NCBI GenBank assembly: GCA_947507875.1
Contig: CANNQP010000003.1
Span: forward strand, 132,299-196,298
Reading direction: 5' to 3'
From: Verrucomicrobiaceae bacterium
GTDB lineage: Bacteria > Verrucomicrobiota > Verrucomicrobiia > Verrucomicrobiales > Verrucomicrobiaceae
DNA length: 64,000 bases
Shown: positions 25,999-34,797 of the stretch, piece after piece
How positions within the stretch are numbered: position 1 is the first letter of the stretch
Layout of the letters: every line of letters begins with the position of its first letter
Made by a program: the position numbers and the translations under genes
Notes under the pieces: model-generated
What the model was told of the DNA's origin: nothing
Databases searched by the model: none
Seen by the model: the letters and a program-made list of their open reading frames with translations, nothing else

Positions 25999-28860
25999 TT
26001 AGCGCAGGTAGATGAATTCATTCGCAGCCAGCAAGCTCTGGCAAAGGAGTGGCCAGGCCGCCTCTGGGTCCGCCGCGCTTTGGAGAAAACGCAAAGCACG
26101 AGCTTGCTCACGGGCCGTCGGCTCACGCCCATAAGCCAAGGCGTAGGCACGCTGAAGACGTCTTTCCTGCCTAGGCTCACGGATTTCCCGCGCCAGTCGC
26201 GCCGAAAGGGCAGCCGCTGCCTCCAAAACGACCGGTGCATTCAGCAAAATCAGCGCCTGCGGCGCCACGACGGTCGCATTGCGGCTGCCTGTGGGCATGG
26301 TCGGGTCCGGGTAGTCGAACTGTTCGAGCATGTCATAGAGATGATTGCGAATGATCGGCAGGTAGAGTCCCCGCCGTGGGCTCTCGTAGGTCGTGTGATC
26401 GCGTGAGGTATGATTGAAGACGAATTCCCGATTGCGCAGTGGCAGGGTTTTGCCGCCGATCTCCTGATTCAATTGGCCGCTCACATGCAGCAGCGCATCG
26501 CGGATCTGCTCTGCCTCCAGTCGCTGAAGGTGAAAGCGCCACAGCAACCGATTTTCAGGATCGACCTCGGCGGGATCACGCGCTGAGCGCACAGGGCCTC
26601 CCTGGTTGGGATGCATGGAAGCCATCTGGTAAGTCGCGGAACGCATGATCAGGCGATGCATGTCTTTCACGGACCAGCCACCCTCCATGAACATGCGGGC
26701 CAGCCAGTCCAGCAACTCAGGATGCGAGGGCTTGTCTCCGAGGGTGCCAAAGTTGTCCGTAGAGCTGACGATGCCTTTGCCAAAATGCCAGCGCCAGAGA
26801 CGATTCACCATCACCCTTGCCGTCAACGGATGTTCGCCCGAGGCAAGCCAGCGGGCCAACTCCAGCCTGCCGCTGTGGCGTGCCGGGAAGACCGGCTTGC
26901 TCCACGAGGTACGCATCACCTCCGGAAAGCCGCGCTCGACCTCACGCCCCAGCGTGAGATAACTGCCGCGAATATGAATGGGCATGTGGCGGGTGATGGT
27001 GGCCGCATCGGTCACGCCCATCAGCGCAGGCGGCTCGGGGGTGGCATCCTCCGCCTGCATGAGCCTCTCCATCATGCGATCGATTTGGGCGAGCGTCGCA
27101 GCATCAAAAGCATCGGCATCTTTGTCTGGGATGGCAAGAAAACCTGCCACATCATCCAGCGCCGCGCGTGCGGTGGCGATGGGCGCAGGTGCCTGTTCCT
27201 GCGTCTTTCCATCCAGCTTCCGTGCAGAAGCAAACAAAGGCGCATAGTGCTGGCGAATCCTCTCCGCCTTGCCTGAACCAGCCCAAGCCCGCCACTCTGC
27301 AAAAAAAGCATGATCTCTCTGACGCGCCAGATACTGGCGACAGGTCAGAAGATAGCGCGACCGCAAACCTGAGGCCTGAGCCACGCTTTCCACTTCAGCA
27401 AAGGTAGGCTCATCTGGCAGACGTGCTGCAGCTGCGAGATAGTCAGCCGCTTGGCCATGAAGCTCTTTTTTCAGCTCCGCGCGTGCCTTCGCGGTAAAGC
27501 CAGTGACGGTCTTGCGGTGTTCGGCCACTTTGGCCTCATGCGCTTTTTTGGCAGCCCGTTGCGCGGGTGTTGCGAGTGAGTGCTCATACCAAAACTTGAT
27601 CGCGCCCAGCTTTTCATCAGCGATGGAGCGTGTACTTTGGAAGATCGCTGCGAGCGCGAAGTAATCCGCTTGGGTGATGGGATCAAACTTGTGATCATGG
27701 CAGCGAGCACAGCCAAGCGTCATGCCGAGAAAGGCCTTGCCCAGAGTATCCAGTTGCTCGTCGATCGTGTCATACTGGAACTTCTTTACATCCGGCTCGG
27801 CCAGCACCTTCGCGCCAATGGCTAAAAAGCCCGTCGCCGCCAAGGCATCCTGGCGATTCGCCACATCAGGCAGCAAATCGCCAGCCAATTGTTCGATCAA
27901 AAACTGATCGTAGGGCTTGTCGTCATTGAAGGCACGCACCACGTAGTCGCGGTAGCGCCAGGCATGACCGAAGGCGACGTTTTCATCCATGCCATTGGAA
28001 TCTGCATAGCGGGCGATATCCAACCAATGCCGTCCCCAACGTTCGCCATAAGCGGGAGAGGCGAGCAAGCGCTCGATGAGACGCTCCACCGCCGCAGGAG
28101 CCACCGCTGGCTCTTGAGTGCCTTCGGGATGGCCCGCCTCGCGGGCACACTGGCTAACAAAGGCCTGCACCTCCTCCGGTGTCGGCGGCAGGCCGGTCAG
28201 ATCCTGCGTGGCACGGCGGATGAAAGCGCGCGCCTCCGCCGGGGGCGCAGGTGTGAGCTGAGCAGCCTCCAGCTTCGCTAGGACAAAAGCATCCACCGGC
28301 GTGCGAACCCAGCCCGGATTCTTCACCAAAGGAGGACGAGCGTCTGCAAGGGGCTTGAAGGACCAAAACTCACGCCCAGCTTTCAAGTCCATGCCCATGG
28401 GTGACTTCACCGCGAGGCCAGCACTGACCCGACGCGGGTCGGGGGCGCCCATCCTGACCCAGGCTTCCAAGGCCTGCACCTCCGCGGGTGGCAATGGACT
28501 CTTGGGTGGCATTTGCATGTCCTGATTCTTGTAACGAATCGCCTCAATCAGCCGACTCCGATCGGGCTGCCCCAGAACCATCGCAGGTCCACTGTCACCT
28601 CCACGCAGGATCAACGCACGGCTATCCAGAGATAGGCCACCTTTGATTTTCGTTTCAGAAGAATGGCACTCCAGGCAGCGGCTGACCAACACCGGCCGAA
28701 CCTTCTTTTCGAAAAACTCGATTCCTTCGGCCTCTGCCTGCGCCTGTACAGACTCGCAGGCCAGCCCTCCGAGACAGAGGCTGATCCAGATCTTGAACTG
28801 GCAGGTGAGTCGATGCATCGCGAGCAGGCAGGCGCAAAGATACGCCGTCAGCCACCCCAC
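25999..28860 (-). CDS. PSCyt1/PSCyt2(DUF1549)/PSD1(DUF1553) domain protein (Planctomycete-type cytochrome-c-domain protein)
   Basis: Motifs are 'CLECHSSETKIKGGLSLDSR' (CxxCH), 'WGRHWLDIARYADSNG' and 'CARCHDHKFDPITQADYFALAAIF', with a long C-terminal PSD1-like region. The track start at 28860 is GTG. An ATG at 28818 (MHRLTCQFKIWISLCLGG...) is a plausible alternative that gives a signal peptide. Confidence 0.85.
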   Translation of the reverse strand: MGWLTAYLCACLLAMHRLTCQFKIWISLCLGGLACESVQAQAEAEGIEFFEKKVRPVLVSRCLECHSSETKIKGGLSLDSRALILRGGDSGPAMVLGQPDRSRLIEAIRYKNQDMQMPPKSPLPPAEVQALEAWVRMGAPDPRRVSAGLAVKSPMGMDLKAGREFWSFKPLADARPPLVKNPGWVRTPVDAFVLAKLEAAQLTPAPPAEARAFIRRATQDLTGLPPTPEEVQAFVSQCAREAGHPEGTQEPAVAPAAVERLIERLLASPAYGERWGRHWLDIARYADSNGMDENVAFGHAWRYRDYVVRAFNDDKPYDQFLIEQLAGDLLPDVANRQDALAATGFLAIGAKVLAEPDVKKFQYDTIDEQLDTLGKAFLGMTLGCARCHDHKFDPITQADYFALAAIFQSTRSIADEKLGAIKFWYEHSLATPAQRAAKKAHEAKVAEHRKTVTGFTAKARAELKKELHGQAADYLAAAARLPDEPTFAEVESVAQASGLRSRYLLTCRQYLARQRDHAFFAEWRAWAGSGKAERIRQHYAPLFASARKLDGKTQEQAPAPIATARAALDDVAGFLAIPDKDADAFDAATLAQIDRMMERLMQAEDATPEPPALMGVTDAATITRHMPIHIRGSYLTLGREVERGFPEVMRTSWSKPVFPARHSGRLELARWLASGEHPLTARVMVNRLWRWHFGKGIVSSTDNFGTLGDKPSHPELLDWLARMFMEGGWSVKDMHRLIMRSATYQMASMHPNQGGPVRSARDPAEVDPENRLLWRFHLQRLEAEQIRDALLHVSGQLNQEIGGKTLPLRNREFVFNHTSRDHTTYESPRRGLYLPIIRNHLYDMLEQFDYPDPTMPTGSRNATVVAPQALILLNAPVVLEAAAALSARLAREIREPRQERRLQRAYALAYGREPTAREQARALRFLQSAADPEAAWPLLCQSLLAANEFIYLR

Positions 28861-28890
28861 TTTGTCTTGGCCACAGGTCAGTTGGTCACT

Positions 28891-30342
28891 TCAGAGTGCT
28901 TTTCCAGCAGCTTCGGCGAACTTTGCTTCCGCCGCATCCACTAGGCGCACGGCTTTCCCTTCCCCCAAAATCAACAATCGAATCACTCGGTCAGCTGCCT
29001 GAAGATGAAGCTCTGTCACAGAATCTAGCGTCGGCTTGGCATCATAGCGCTGCGTGAGGCAGGAGCGCATCGCTTTGAAAAAAGCCAGCGCACTCTCGCG
29101 ACTATCCCATGCCGTCTCCCACAACGCCTGATCGCGATCATGCTCTGGCGCAGCATAGGCCAGTAGGCGATCCCCTACCCAGCCCTGAACGGCACGGCCG
29201 GCCTCCTCGTCACTGACATAAGCCCGCAGGGCCGTGAAGGTCGCGAAACGACCCAAGCGATCCTCCAGGAAAGGTGTCTCACCCATCATCTTGACCTGGT
29301 GAGGACCCGCTTTGATCAACATGGGCCGCTGCGCTTCCAGCAGCCGCTCAGGCTCGATGACTTCTGCGCAAGTCGCGGGTGGGGCAGAGTAAGCCGCATT
29401 GATCTGGGCAAATCCCCCTGTGCTGTGCAGCGACTGCGCGAGCTCAAAACCTCGAGCAAAGGGGAAGAGCGCCAGCTCTTTCAAATAGACCGGCATCTGC
29501 ACCTGATTCAGCGGATGATCTGGGTCCTCAGGAGGAAGATTACTCGTCGCTCGTGGAATGGCTTTTTCTAAGCTGAACAAAAAGCGCGTCAACGCGGCAT
29601 CCCCTATGATTAAGGCCAACCGCGCCAGCCTTTCATCCGTCGTCATCGACTGCTTGCCAGGAAACAAGATAACCCCGTATTCACGAAGCAACTGACCAAA
29701 GGCCACCGCAAATGCCCGGTCCGGTGCGGGCATACCTGGCGCGGGCGGATCATCCACCACGAGCAGCGTTCCCGCCTTTGCATCATACCAGCCTCCCAAT
29801 TGGCGAGCCAACACAGCCGCCAGAGGTGGCAACGGATCCACGGGTGCATCAATCCAGCCCAAGGCACGCAAAGCCAGGGCCAACTTGGGTGCCTCATCAC
29901 CAGGCTGCTGCGACCTCAGCCACGCCAGGATCGCTTTTTCTACTTCGCTCAATCCCACTCCACGCGAACTGAGCGGCAGAGCCTGCAATTTGCGGTAGTT
30001 CAACATCTCCAGCTCAATGCCCGTGAAATCAGGAAGCTCATCAGCAGGCGCAGGCACCGAATCCATTTTGGGAATACCCCGCTGTCCTTGCTGGCTCAGC
30101 TTTTGCAGCAGCTTTGTGTTATCGTCTTGCAGCGCTCCAACCTGTCCTTGCAGGTACTCGACTTGACCTTCGAGAAGACGAATCTGCTTCTTTAGATTTT
30201 CCTCAGACTCCTCCAGCTGCGTTTCCACTACCTCAGGCGACACCTTCGCCGACTGGACCTCCTCAGGATCGCGCAGAAACCAAGCCACCCCGATCCCGCT
30301 GACAAGCAGGATCAACAGAAGCGCGACAGGAGAAATCTTCAT
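28891..30342 (-). CDS. Hypothetical membrane-anchored protein with an N-terminal coiled coil
   Basis: 'MKISPVALLLILLVSGIGVAWF' is a TM anchor. It is followed by the heptad-like stretch 'EENLKKQIRLLEGQVEYLQGQVGALQDDNTKLLQKL' and then a ~380-aa domain with no motif I recognise. ATG 30342 was preferred over GTG 30360. The stop lies 30 nt upstream of the PSD1 gene. Confidence 0.6.
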   Translation of the reverse strand: MKISPVALLLILLVSGIGVAWFLRDPEEVQSAKVSPEVVETQLEESEENLKKQIRLLEGQVEYLQGQVGALQDDNTKLLQKLSQQGQRGIPKMDSVPAPADELPDFTGIELEMLNYRKLQALPLSSRGVGLSEVEKAILAWLRSQQPGDEAPKLALALRALGWIDAPVDPLPPLAAVLARQLGGWYDAKAGTLLVVDDPPAPGMPAPDRAFAVAFGQLLREYGVILFPGKQSMTTDERLARLALIIGDAALTRFLFSLEKAIPRATSNLPPEDPDHPLNQVQMPVYLKELALFPFARGFELAQSLHSTGGFAQINAAYSAPPATCAEVIEPERLLEAQRPMLIKAGPHQVKMMGETPFLEDRLGRFATFTALRAYVSDEEAGRAVQGWVGDRLLAYAAPEHDRDQALWETAWDSRESALAFFKAMRSCLTQRYDAKPTLDSVTELHLQAADRVIRLLILGEGKAVRLVDAAEAKFAEAAGKAL

Positions 30343-30473
30343 GGCAAAAGCGTGGGGCACTACCCGGTGATTTCAGCCCTCGTCAACCCCACTTCTGCTC
30401 ATTGACCTTCCTTTCTACATCAAACTCCACCTGGGCCAAAAAGTCTGTCTTGCCTCACCTGCCTCCTCTTCAG

Positions 30474-31730
30474 ATGATGCAAAAAAACAAACTCATCATG
30501 CGCTCACGTTGGCTCCTTCTCACTCTGTTGCCGCTGCTATCTGCCGTGGCCACCGAAAAGCCCTTCACCCTGCTCACCGACGAGCTGATTGCAAAGCTTC
30601 CTGAAGCGCAGCGGGCCGAATGGATGGCCTACATCGCCCAGTCGCGTGCCTTTGCCGAAACTGAGCATCGCATCCTCGATGAAGAACGCACCAAGGCCGA
30701 AGCGAAGCCCGCGCCGGGCAATCGCGCCGAGTTCGAGCACGATAGCGACACGCCCACGGAGTGGTTCGCCAGCGCGGAGAATCAGAAGCTCGCCGAGATC
30801 GTCATCAGCTACCAGACACCCACCGGTGGCTGGTCAAAAGCGGTCGATTACACGAAAGGCCCGCGCCAGCCCGGCACGCACTGGACTGCGCAGACCGGCG
30901 ACGCCTGGCACTACTGCGGCACTTTTGACAACCGCACCACGACCGAGCAGATCAAGTTCCTCGCTGGTGTCTTCACCGCCACGAAACGCGATGACGTGAA
31001 GGCCGCGCTGATGAAGGGCCTCGACTACGTTTTCGCCGCGCAGTATCCGAACGGCGGCTGGCCGCAAAACTACCCCGTCGAGCGCGGCTACCACGAGGCC
31101 ATCACGCTCAATGACGACGCCATGGTGCACATCCTCGAGGTGCTGCACGACCTCGCCGAGGGCGACAACCACTTCGCCTTTGCCGATGACGCGCTGAAGC
31201 AGCGAGCGCAGGCTGCGTTCGACAAAGGCATCGCCAACATCGCCGCCATGCAGGTCCGCATCGACGGCCAACCCACCGTCTGGTGCGCGCAGCATCATCC
31301 GCTCACGCTCGAGCCCGTGAAAGCCCGCGCCAAAGAGCCGCCGTCCCTCAGCGGCGGCGAATCCGCGAACCTCGTGAAGTTCCTCATGCGCAGCGGCCCC
31401 ACCACGCCCGAGGTCGTCGCCCTGATCGAGTCCGCGCTGAAGTGGTTCGACGCCCACCGCCTCACCGGCCTGCGCAAAACGAAGACCGCCAAAGGCAAAA
31501 CCGACTACATCGCCGACCCCGCCTCCACCGAAGTCCTCTGGGCCCGCTTCTACGACCTCAAGACCGCCCAACCCATCTTCGCCGGCGCCGACGACGGCAT
31601 CGTCTATTCCACCTTCCAAGAAATGGCCGCCAAAAACAAAGTCGCCTACGACTTCTTCAGCACCCGCCCCGCCGAACTCCTCGGCAAGGAGCTCCCGCGC
31701 TGGAGGAAGAGGTTGGAGAAGGGGAAGTGA
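30474..31730 (+). CDS. Pectate lyase, PelA/Pel-15E (PL10)-like, secreted
   Basis: The signal peptide is 'MRSRWLLLTLLPLLSAVA'. 'YQTPTGGWSKAVDY' and 'AQYPNGGWPQNYPVERGYHEAITLNDDAMVHILEVL' match the pec_lyase (PL10) family as I remember it. The track start at 30402 is TTG, and the first in-frame ATG is at 30474. Confidence 0.7.
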   Translation: MMQKNKLIMRSRWLLLTLLPLLSAVATEKPFTLLTDELIAKLPEAQRAEWMAYIAQSRAFAETEHRILDEERTKAEAKPAPGNRAEFEHDSDTPTEWFASAENQKLAEIVISYQTPTGGWSKAVDYTKGPRQPGTHWTAQTGDAWHYCGTFDNRTTTEQIKFLAGVFTATKRDDVKAALMKGLDYVFAAQYPNGGWPQNYPVERGYHEAITLNDDAMVHILEVLHDLAEGDNHFAFADDALKQRAQAAFDKGIANIAAMQVRIDGQPTVWCAQHHPLTLEPVKARAKEPPSLSGGESANLVKFLMRSGPTTPEVVALIESALKWFDAHRLTGLRKTKTAKGKTDYIADPASTEVLWARFYDLKTAQPIFAGADDGIVYSTFQEMAAKNKVAYDFFSTRPAELLGKELPRWRKRLEKGK

Positions 31731-31734
31731 GGGG

Positions 31735-32160
31735 TCATGCCCCTGGATGCACAATCTCGGGATCACCCGGCCGGTGTAATGCTCGGAAATTCGAGAGATT
31801 GAGCGTGTAGATGCGCGATGCTTTTGCCTTTTGGGCGGCGACGAGGTGCAGGTAATCGTAGATGCCTCCGCCGCGCACACCACGACTCTGGGCATCACGC
31901 ATCGCCCTCATCATCTCAGTCGGCGTGAGAGAGGTCACGCTGAGCAGCGGCAAGAAGTCTTGTTCGATCAGCTCAGAGGCGGCATCCGCCGTCATTTGCA
32001 GCTTTCTCCGCCCGCTGGTGAGGATGCTGAAGGTTTCAGCCAGTCCGTGGGCAAACATGCCGAGTTCGCTGGAGTCCATCAGGGCGTCGCATTCACGGTG
32101 GTAATCCTCCGTCCCCACGATGGCTGCGACGAGCACTGAGGTGTCGATGAATGCGATCAT
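31735..32160 (-). CDS. vapC: PIN-domain toxin (VapC family)
   Basis: 141 aa. 'MIAFIDTSVLVAAIV' carries the N-terminal acidic Asp of PIN domains, and further acidic residues lie downstream. It has a 4-nt overlap with the upstream antitoxin gene. Confidence 0.8.
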   Translation of the reverse strand: MIAFIDTSVLVAAIVGTEDYHRECDALMDSSELGMFAHGLAETFSILTSGRRKLQMTADAASELIEQDFLPLLSVTSLTPTEMMRAMRDAQSRGVRGGGIYDYLHLVAAQKAKASRIYTLNLSNFRALHRPGDPEIVHPGA

Positions 32161-32423
32161 CTGCGTTTGGCTGGCATGAGGTTTTCCATGCGTTCTTCGC
32201 GCATCTCCTGGACGGCCTTGGCGGCGTCAAACCCCTCCCAACCCATCACCACCCGGCGGCCACGAGCATTTCGCACGATGCGCACCTTCGGAAGTTCCTG
32301 CTCCAGCTCGATCTTGTCGCCCACGATCTCGATCTTGAACGCCGCGCCTGTCTTGAGATGCAGCTTATCCCGGATCTTTTTGGGAAGAACCACGCGGCCT
32401 GCTTTATCAAGTGTAGCTGTCAT
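32157..32423 (-). CDS. vapB: AbrB/SpoVT-MazE-type antitoxin (VapB)
   Basis: 'TATLDKAGRVVLPKKIRDKLHLKTGAAFKIEIVGDKIELE' is a typical SpoVT/AbrB swapped-hairpin motif. The start was set to the internal ATG at 32423. Confidence 0.75.
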   Translation of the reverse strand: MTATLDKAGRVVLPKKIRDKLHLKTGAAFKIEIVGDKIELEQELPKVRIVRNARGRRVVMGWEGFDAAKAVQEMREERMENLMPAKRR

Positions 32424-32474
32424 AGCGGCGACCTTGCCATTCGCCGCCCCATTTTCCAACCCATTTTTCGCCCC

Positions 32475-33629
32475 ATGCGCTTCCTCCTTCTTTCGTCATT
32501 CGCCATTCTGGTTTCGTCATTGGCGGCACAGCCGCCGAACATGCTCCTCGGCACGCAGGCCATCGGCGGGCGGTATCAGTTCACGCAGGACGAGCCGCTG
32601 CTGGAGAGCGCGAAACTCATCGCGGAGCTTGGGTCGGGCATCATGAAGTTCTCGATCTCGAAGCAGGCCTCGTTTGGCCAAGCGAAGGTGAATGTGCGCG
32701 GGAGCAATCCCGGCCTCAAAACACTCGCCGACATCGCGGCGAGGGAGCCGACGCATCGCGCGGTGCTCGACATGCCGTTCACGCACTTCTTCATCTGGGC
32801 CTATCCCTTCACCACGCATGGCAACGCGGGCACCTTCAAGCCCGCCGAGCGCGATCTGGAGTATCGCGAAATGTTTGACCTCACCGCTCATCTGCTGCGC
32901 ACCTACACAGGCAGCGGCAAAAAATTCTACCTCGGCCACTGGGAGGGCGACTGGCATCTGCGGCCGCACTTTGACCCGAAACAGCCCTTCCCCGAGCACT
33001 TTGGCGACAACTTCATCGCCTGGCTCAAGGTCCGCCAACAGGCCATCGACGACGCGAAGCGCGACACGCCGCATCAAAACGTCGAAGTCTGGCACTACAC
33101 CGAGGCGAACCTCGTCGAGCCCTTCCTCCAAGGCGGCCCATGCCTCGCCAACGACATCCTCCCGCAGATAGACGTCGATTTCGTCAGCTACTCCTGCTAC
33201 GACAGCCTCCAGCGCGGCATCCGCGACGATCTCCACGCCGCGCTCAATCATCTCGAATCGAAACTCAAGCCCAAGCCCGGCATCCCCGGCAAACGCGTCT
33301 TCATCGGCGAATACGGCTTCCCCGCGCGACGCTACCCGCCCGAGGTGACCAACCGCAAGAGCATCGACACCATGATCGCCACCCTCGAATGGGGCTGCCC
33401 CTTCGTGCTCTACTGGGAACTCTACGACAACGAAGGCACCCCCGAAAAACCCGGCGGCTTCTGGCTCATCAACGAACAAAACGAGAAGCAGCCCATCTGG
33501 CACACGCACCAACGCTACTTCGAATGGGCGAAGAAGCATCTCGCGGACATCAAGCAACGCACCGGGCAGTATCCGGCTGATGCGGAGTTCCGTGCCGCGG
33601 CGCTGGAATACCTGCGGCAGCAAAAGTAG
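32475..33629 (+). CDS. Secreted protein, possibly a clan GH-A (TIM-barrel) glycoside-hydrolase-like enzyme
   Basis: The signal peptide is 'MRFLLLSSFAILVSSLAAQ'. 'YLGHWEGDW' and 'VFIGEYGFP' resemble the acid/base and nucleophile strands of GH-A enzymes. The track start at 32151 would run antisense through vapB and was rejected. Confidence 0.55.
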   Translation: MRFLLLSSFAILVSSLAAQPPNMLLGTQAIGGRYQFTQDEPLLESAKLIAELGSGIMKFSISKQASFGQAKVNVRGSNPGLKTLADIAAREPTHRAVLDMPFTHFFIWAYPFTTHGNAGTFKPAERDLEYREMFDLTAHLLRTYTGSGKKFYLGHWEGDWHLRPHFDPKQPFPEHFGDNFIAWLKVRQQAIDDAKRDTPHQNVEVWHYTEANLVEPFLQGGPCLANDILPQIDVDFVSYSCYDSLQRGIRDDLHAALNHLESKLKPKPGIPGKRVFIGEYGFPARRYPPEVTNRKSIDTMIATLEWGCPFVLYWELYDNEGTPEKPGGFWLINEQNEKQPIWHTHQRYFEWAKKHLADIKQRTGQYPADAEFRAAALEYLRQQK

Positions 33630-33861
33630 CTCACGCAGCACACTACGACATCGTCTGGCCTCTCCGGCGTGGTAGAAACTGTTTGCCAGAAGATCACAAA
33701 CAAGGATCATTCCGTATCGCCAATGAGCTTCCAACAACTGTCCGCCAAGCTCCGCCAGATCCGCTCCGAGATGCCGCGGGTCACCTCCGAGCGTGCTTAC
33801 GCGCAGATGGATCATTTGATGGGGTGGACGACTTCGAGCGCCCCGAAAAGGCGCCAGCAAT

Positions 33862-33970
33862 AGTAGCCATCTCGCTCCGTCGAGATGAGCCAAGCGCGTC
33901 GTAAAAAGCTCCGGCACCGCATTTTCGATTCGGCTGCCGTTTGCCCATCTCGCGGAGCGAGATGGCTACT
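33862..33970. repeat. Perfect 18-bp inverted repeat with a 73-nt spacer; each arm also contains its own short hairpin
   Basis: 33862-33879 'agtagccatctcgctccg' is the exact reverse complement of 33953-33970 'cggagcgagatggctact'. The local hairpins are catctcg/cgagatg (33869-33887) and catctcgc/gcgagatg (33946-33964). Confidence 0.7.
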
Positions 33971-34015
33971 TTGCTTCGCGGTTTCGATGCGCATCGTAAC
34001 GTGTTCACCATCCCC

Positions 34016-34768
34016 ATGCGCCTTCTCCTCCTCCTTTCGTCATTCGCCATTTTGCATTCGTCATTCTCCCAAGACTCCACCGCCTGGCTGGAGAAAAACG
34101 CGACGCTGATCTTCCACGAGGCTTTTGAGCGTGAAGAAGACGGCAACCTCGCCAAAGCCATCGGCAATGGCTGGAACAGCGCGACGGCAGATCGTGTTCC
34201 AAAGGTGAAAATGGCGGACCTCGATGGCGGCATTCTGAAGGTCGCGAGCGCGTCGGAGGCGGCGAAGCATTCAGCGCACATCCATCATGAGGCAGGGTTC
34301 ACGGATGGCGGCGCGGTGGTGCGCTTTCGGTTTCCGGGGCTGAGCAAGGGCGAGAGCCTCCAACTCGGCTTTGTGGATCGCGAGACGAAAGGCGTGCATG
34401 CCGGCCATCTCTGCTACGGTATCCTCAGCCAGAGCAGCGTCACGCTCGTCGATCACAAAACAGGCATCATGAACCTCGACAACCGCCGCCGACGCGATGA
34501 AGCGGTAGCAAAGAAGCAAAAAGTGCCCGCCGACCTCGAAGCGCTGCTGAAGACCAAGAGCATCAACATGCCCTTCAAGGCGGACACCGAGTGGCATGAG
34601 CTGATTCTACTCACCGTGGGCGATGAGATGCGTCTCACGCTCGATGGCAAACTCATCGCCAAACACCGCTCAGAAGGCTTTGCGCACCCGATGAAGCGCT
34701 GGTTCAGCTTCTTGATCCCCAACACCGTCTGGATCGACGACGTGAAAATCTGGAAAATCCGTGGTTAA
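34016..34768 (+). CDS. Secreted concanavalin/LamG-like (DUF1080-like) protein
   Basis: The signal peptide is 'MRLLLLLSSFAILHSSFSQ'. The C-terminus 'WHELILLTVGDEMRLTLDGKLIAKH...NTVWIDDVKIWKI' resembles DUF1080/LamG jelly-roll proteins. The start was set to ATG 34016. Confidence 0.55.
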   Translation: MRLLLLLSSFAILHSSFSQDSTAWLEKNATLIFHEAFEREEDGNLAKAIGNGWNSATADRVPKVKMADLDGGILKVASASEAAKHSAHIHHEAGFTDGGAVVRFRFPGLSKGESLQLGFVDRETKGVHAGHLCYGILSQSSVTLVDHKTGIMNLDNRRRRDEAVAKKQKVPADLEALLKTKSINMPFKADTEWHELILLTVGDEMRLTLDGKLIAKHRSEGFAHPMKRWFSFLIPNTVWIDDVKIWKIRG

Positions 34769-34797
34769 GCGCGGCCATCATTTCTGGGATTGGATGC

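Noticed and set aside
32151-32474. An N-terminal 108-codon extension of the GH-A-like ORF
   Set aside because: The extension runs exactly antisense to vapB and the vapC start. The ATG at 32475 gives a canonical signal peptide that the neighbouring secreted gene shares.
33669-33863. A small ORF (internal ATG at 33720, 46 aa, MSFQQLSAKLRQ...) in the 386-bp intergenic region
   Set aside because: It has no recognisable family and its end abuts the left arm of the inverted repeat. I cannot support it as coding from sequence alone.
30834-33917. Long antisense ORFs (30834-31898, 354 aa; 32517-33917, 466 aa) opposite the pectate lyase and the GH-A-like gene
   Set aside because: These are shadow frames of GC3-rich genes. 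Their composition is repetitive (G/A/E/V/R) and nothing recognisable is present. The second would also cross an intergenic region.
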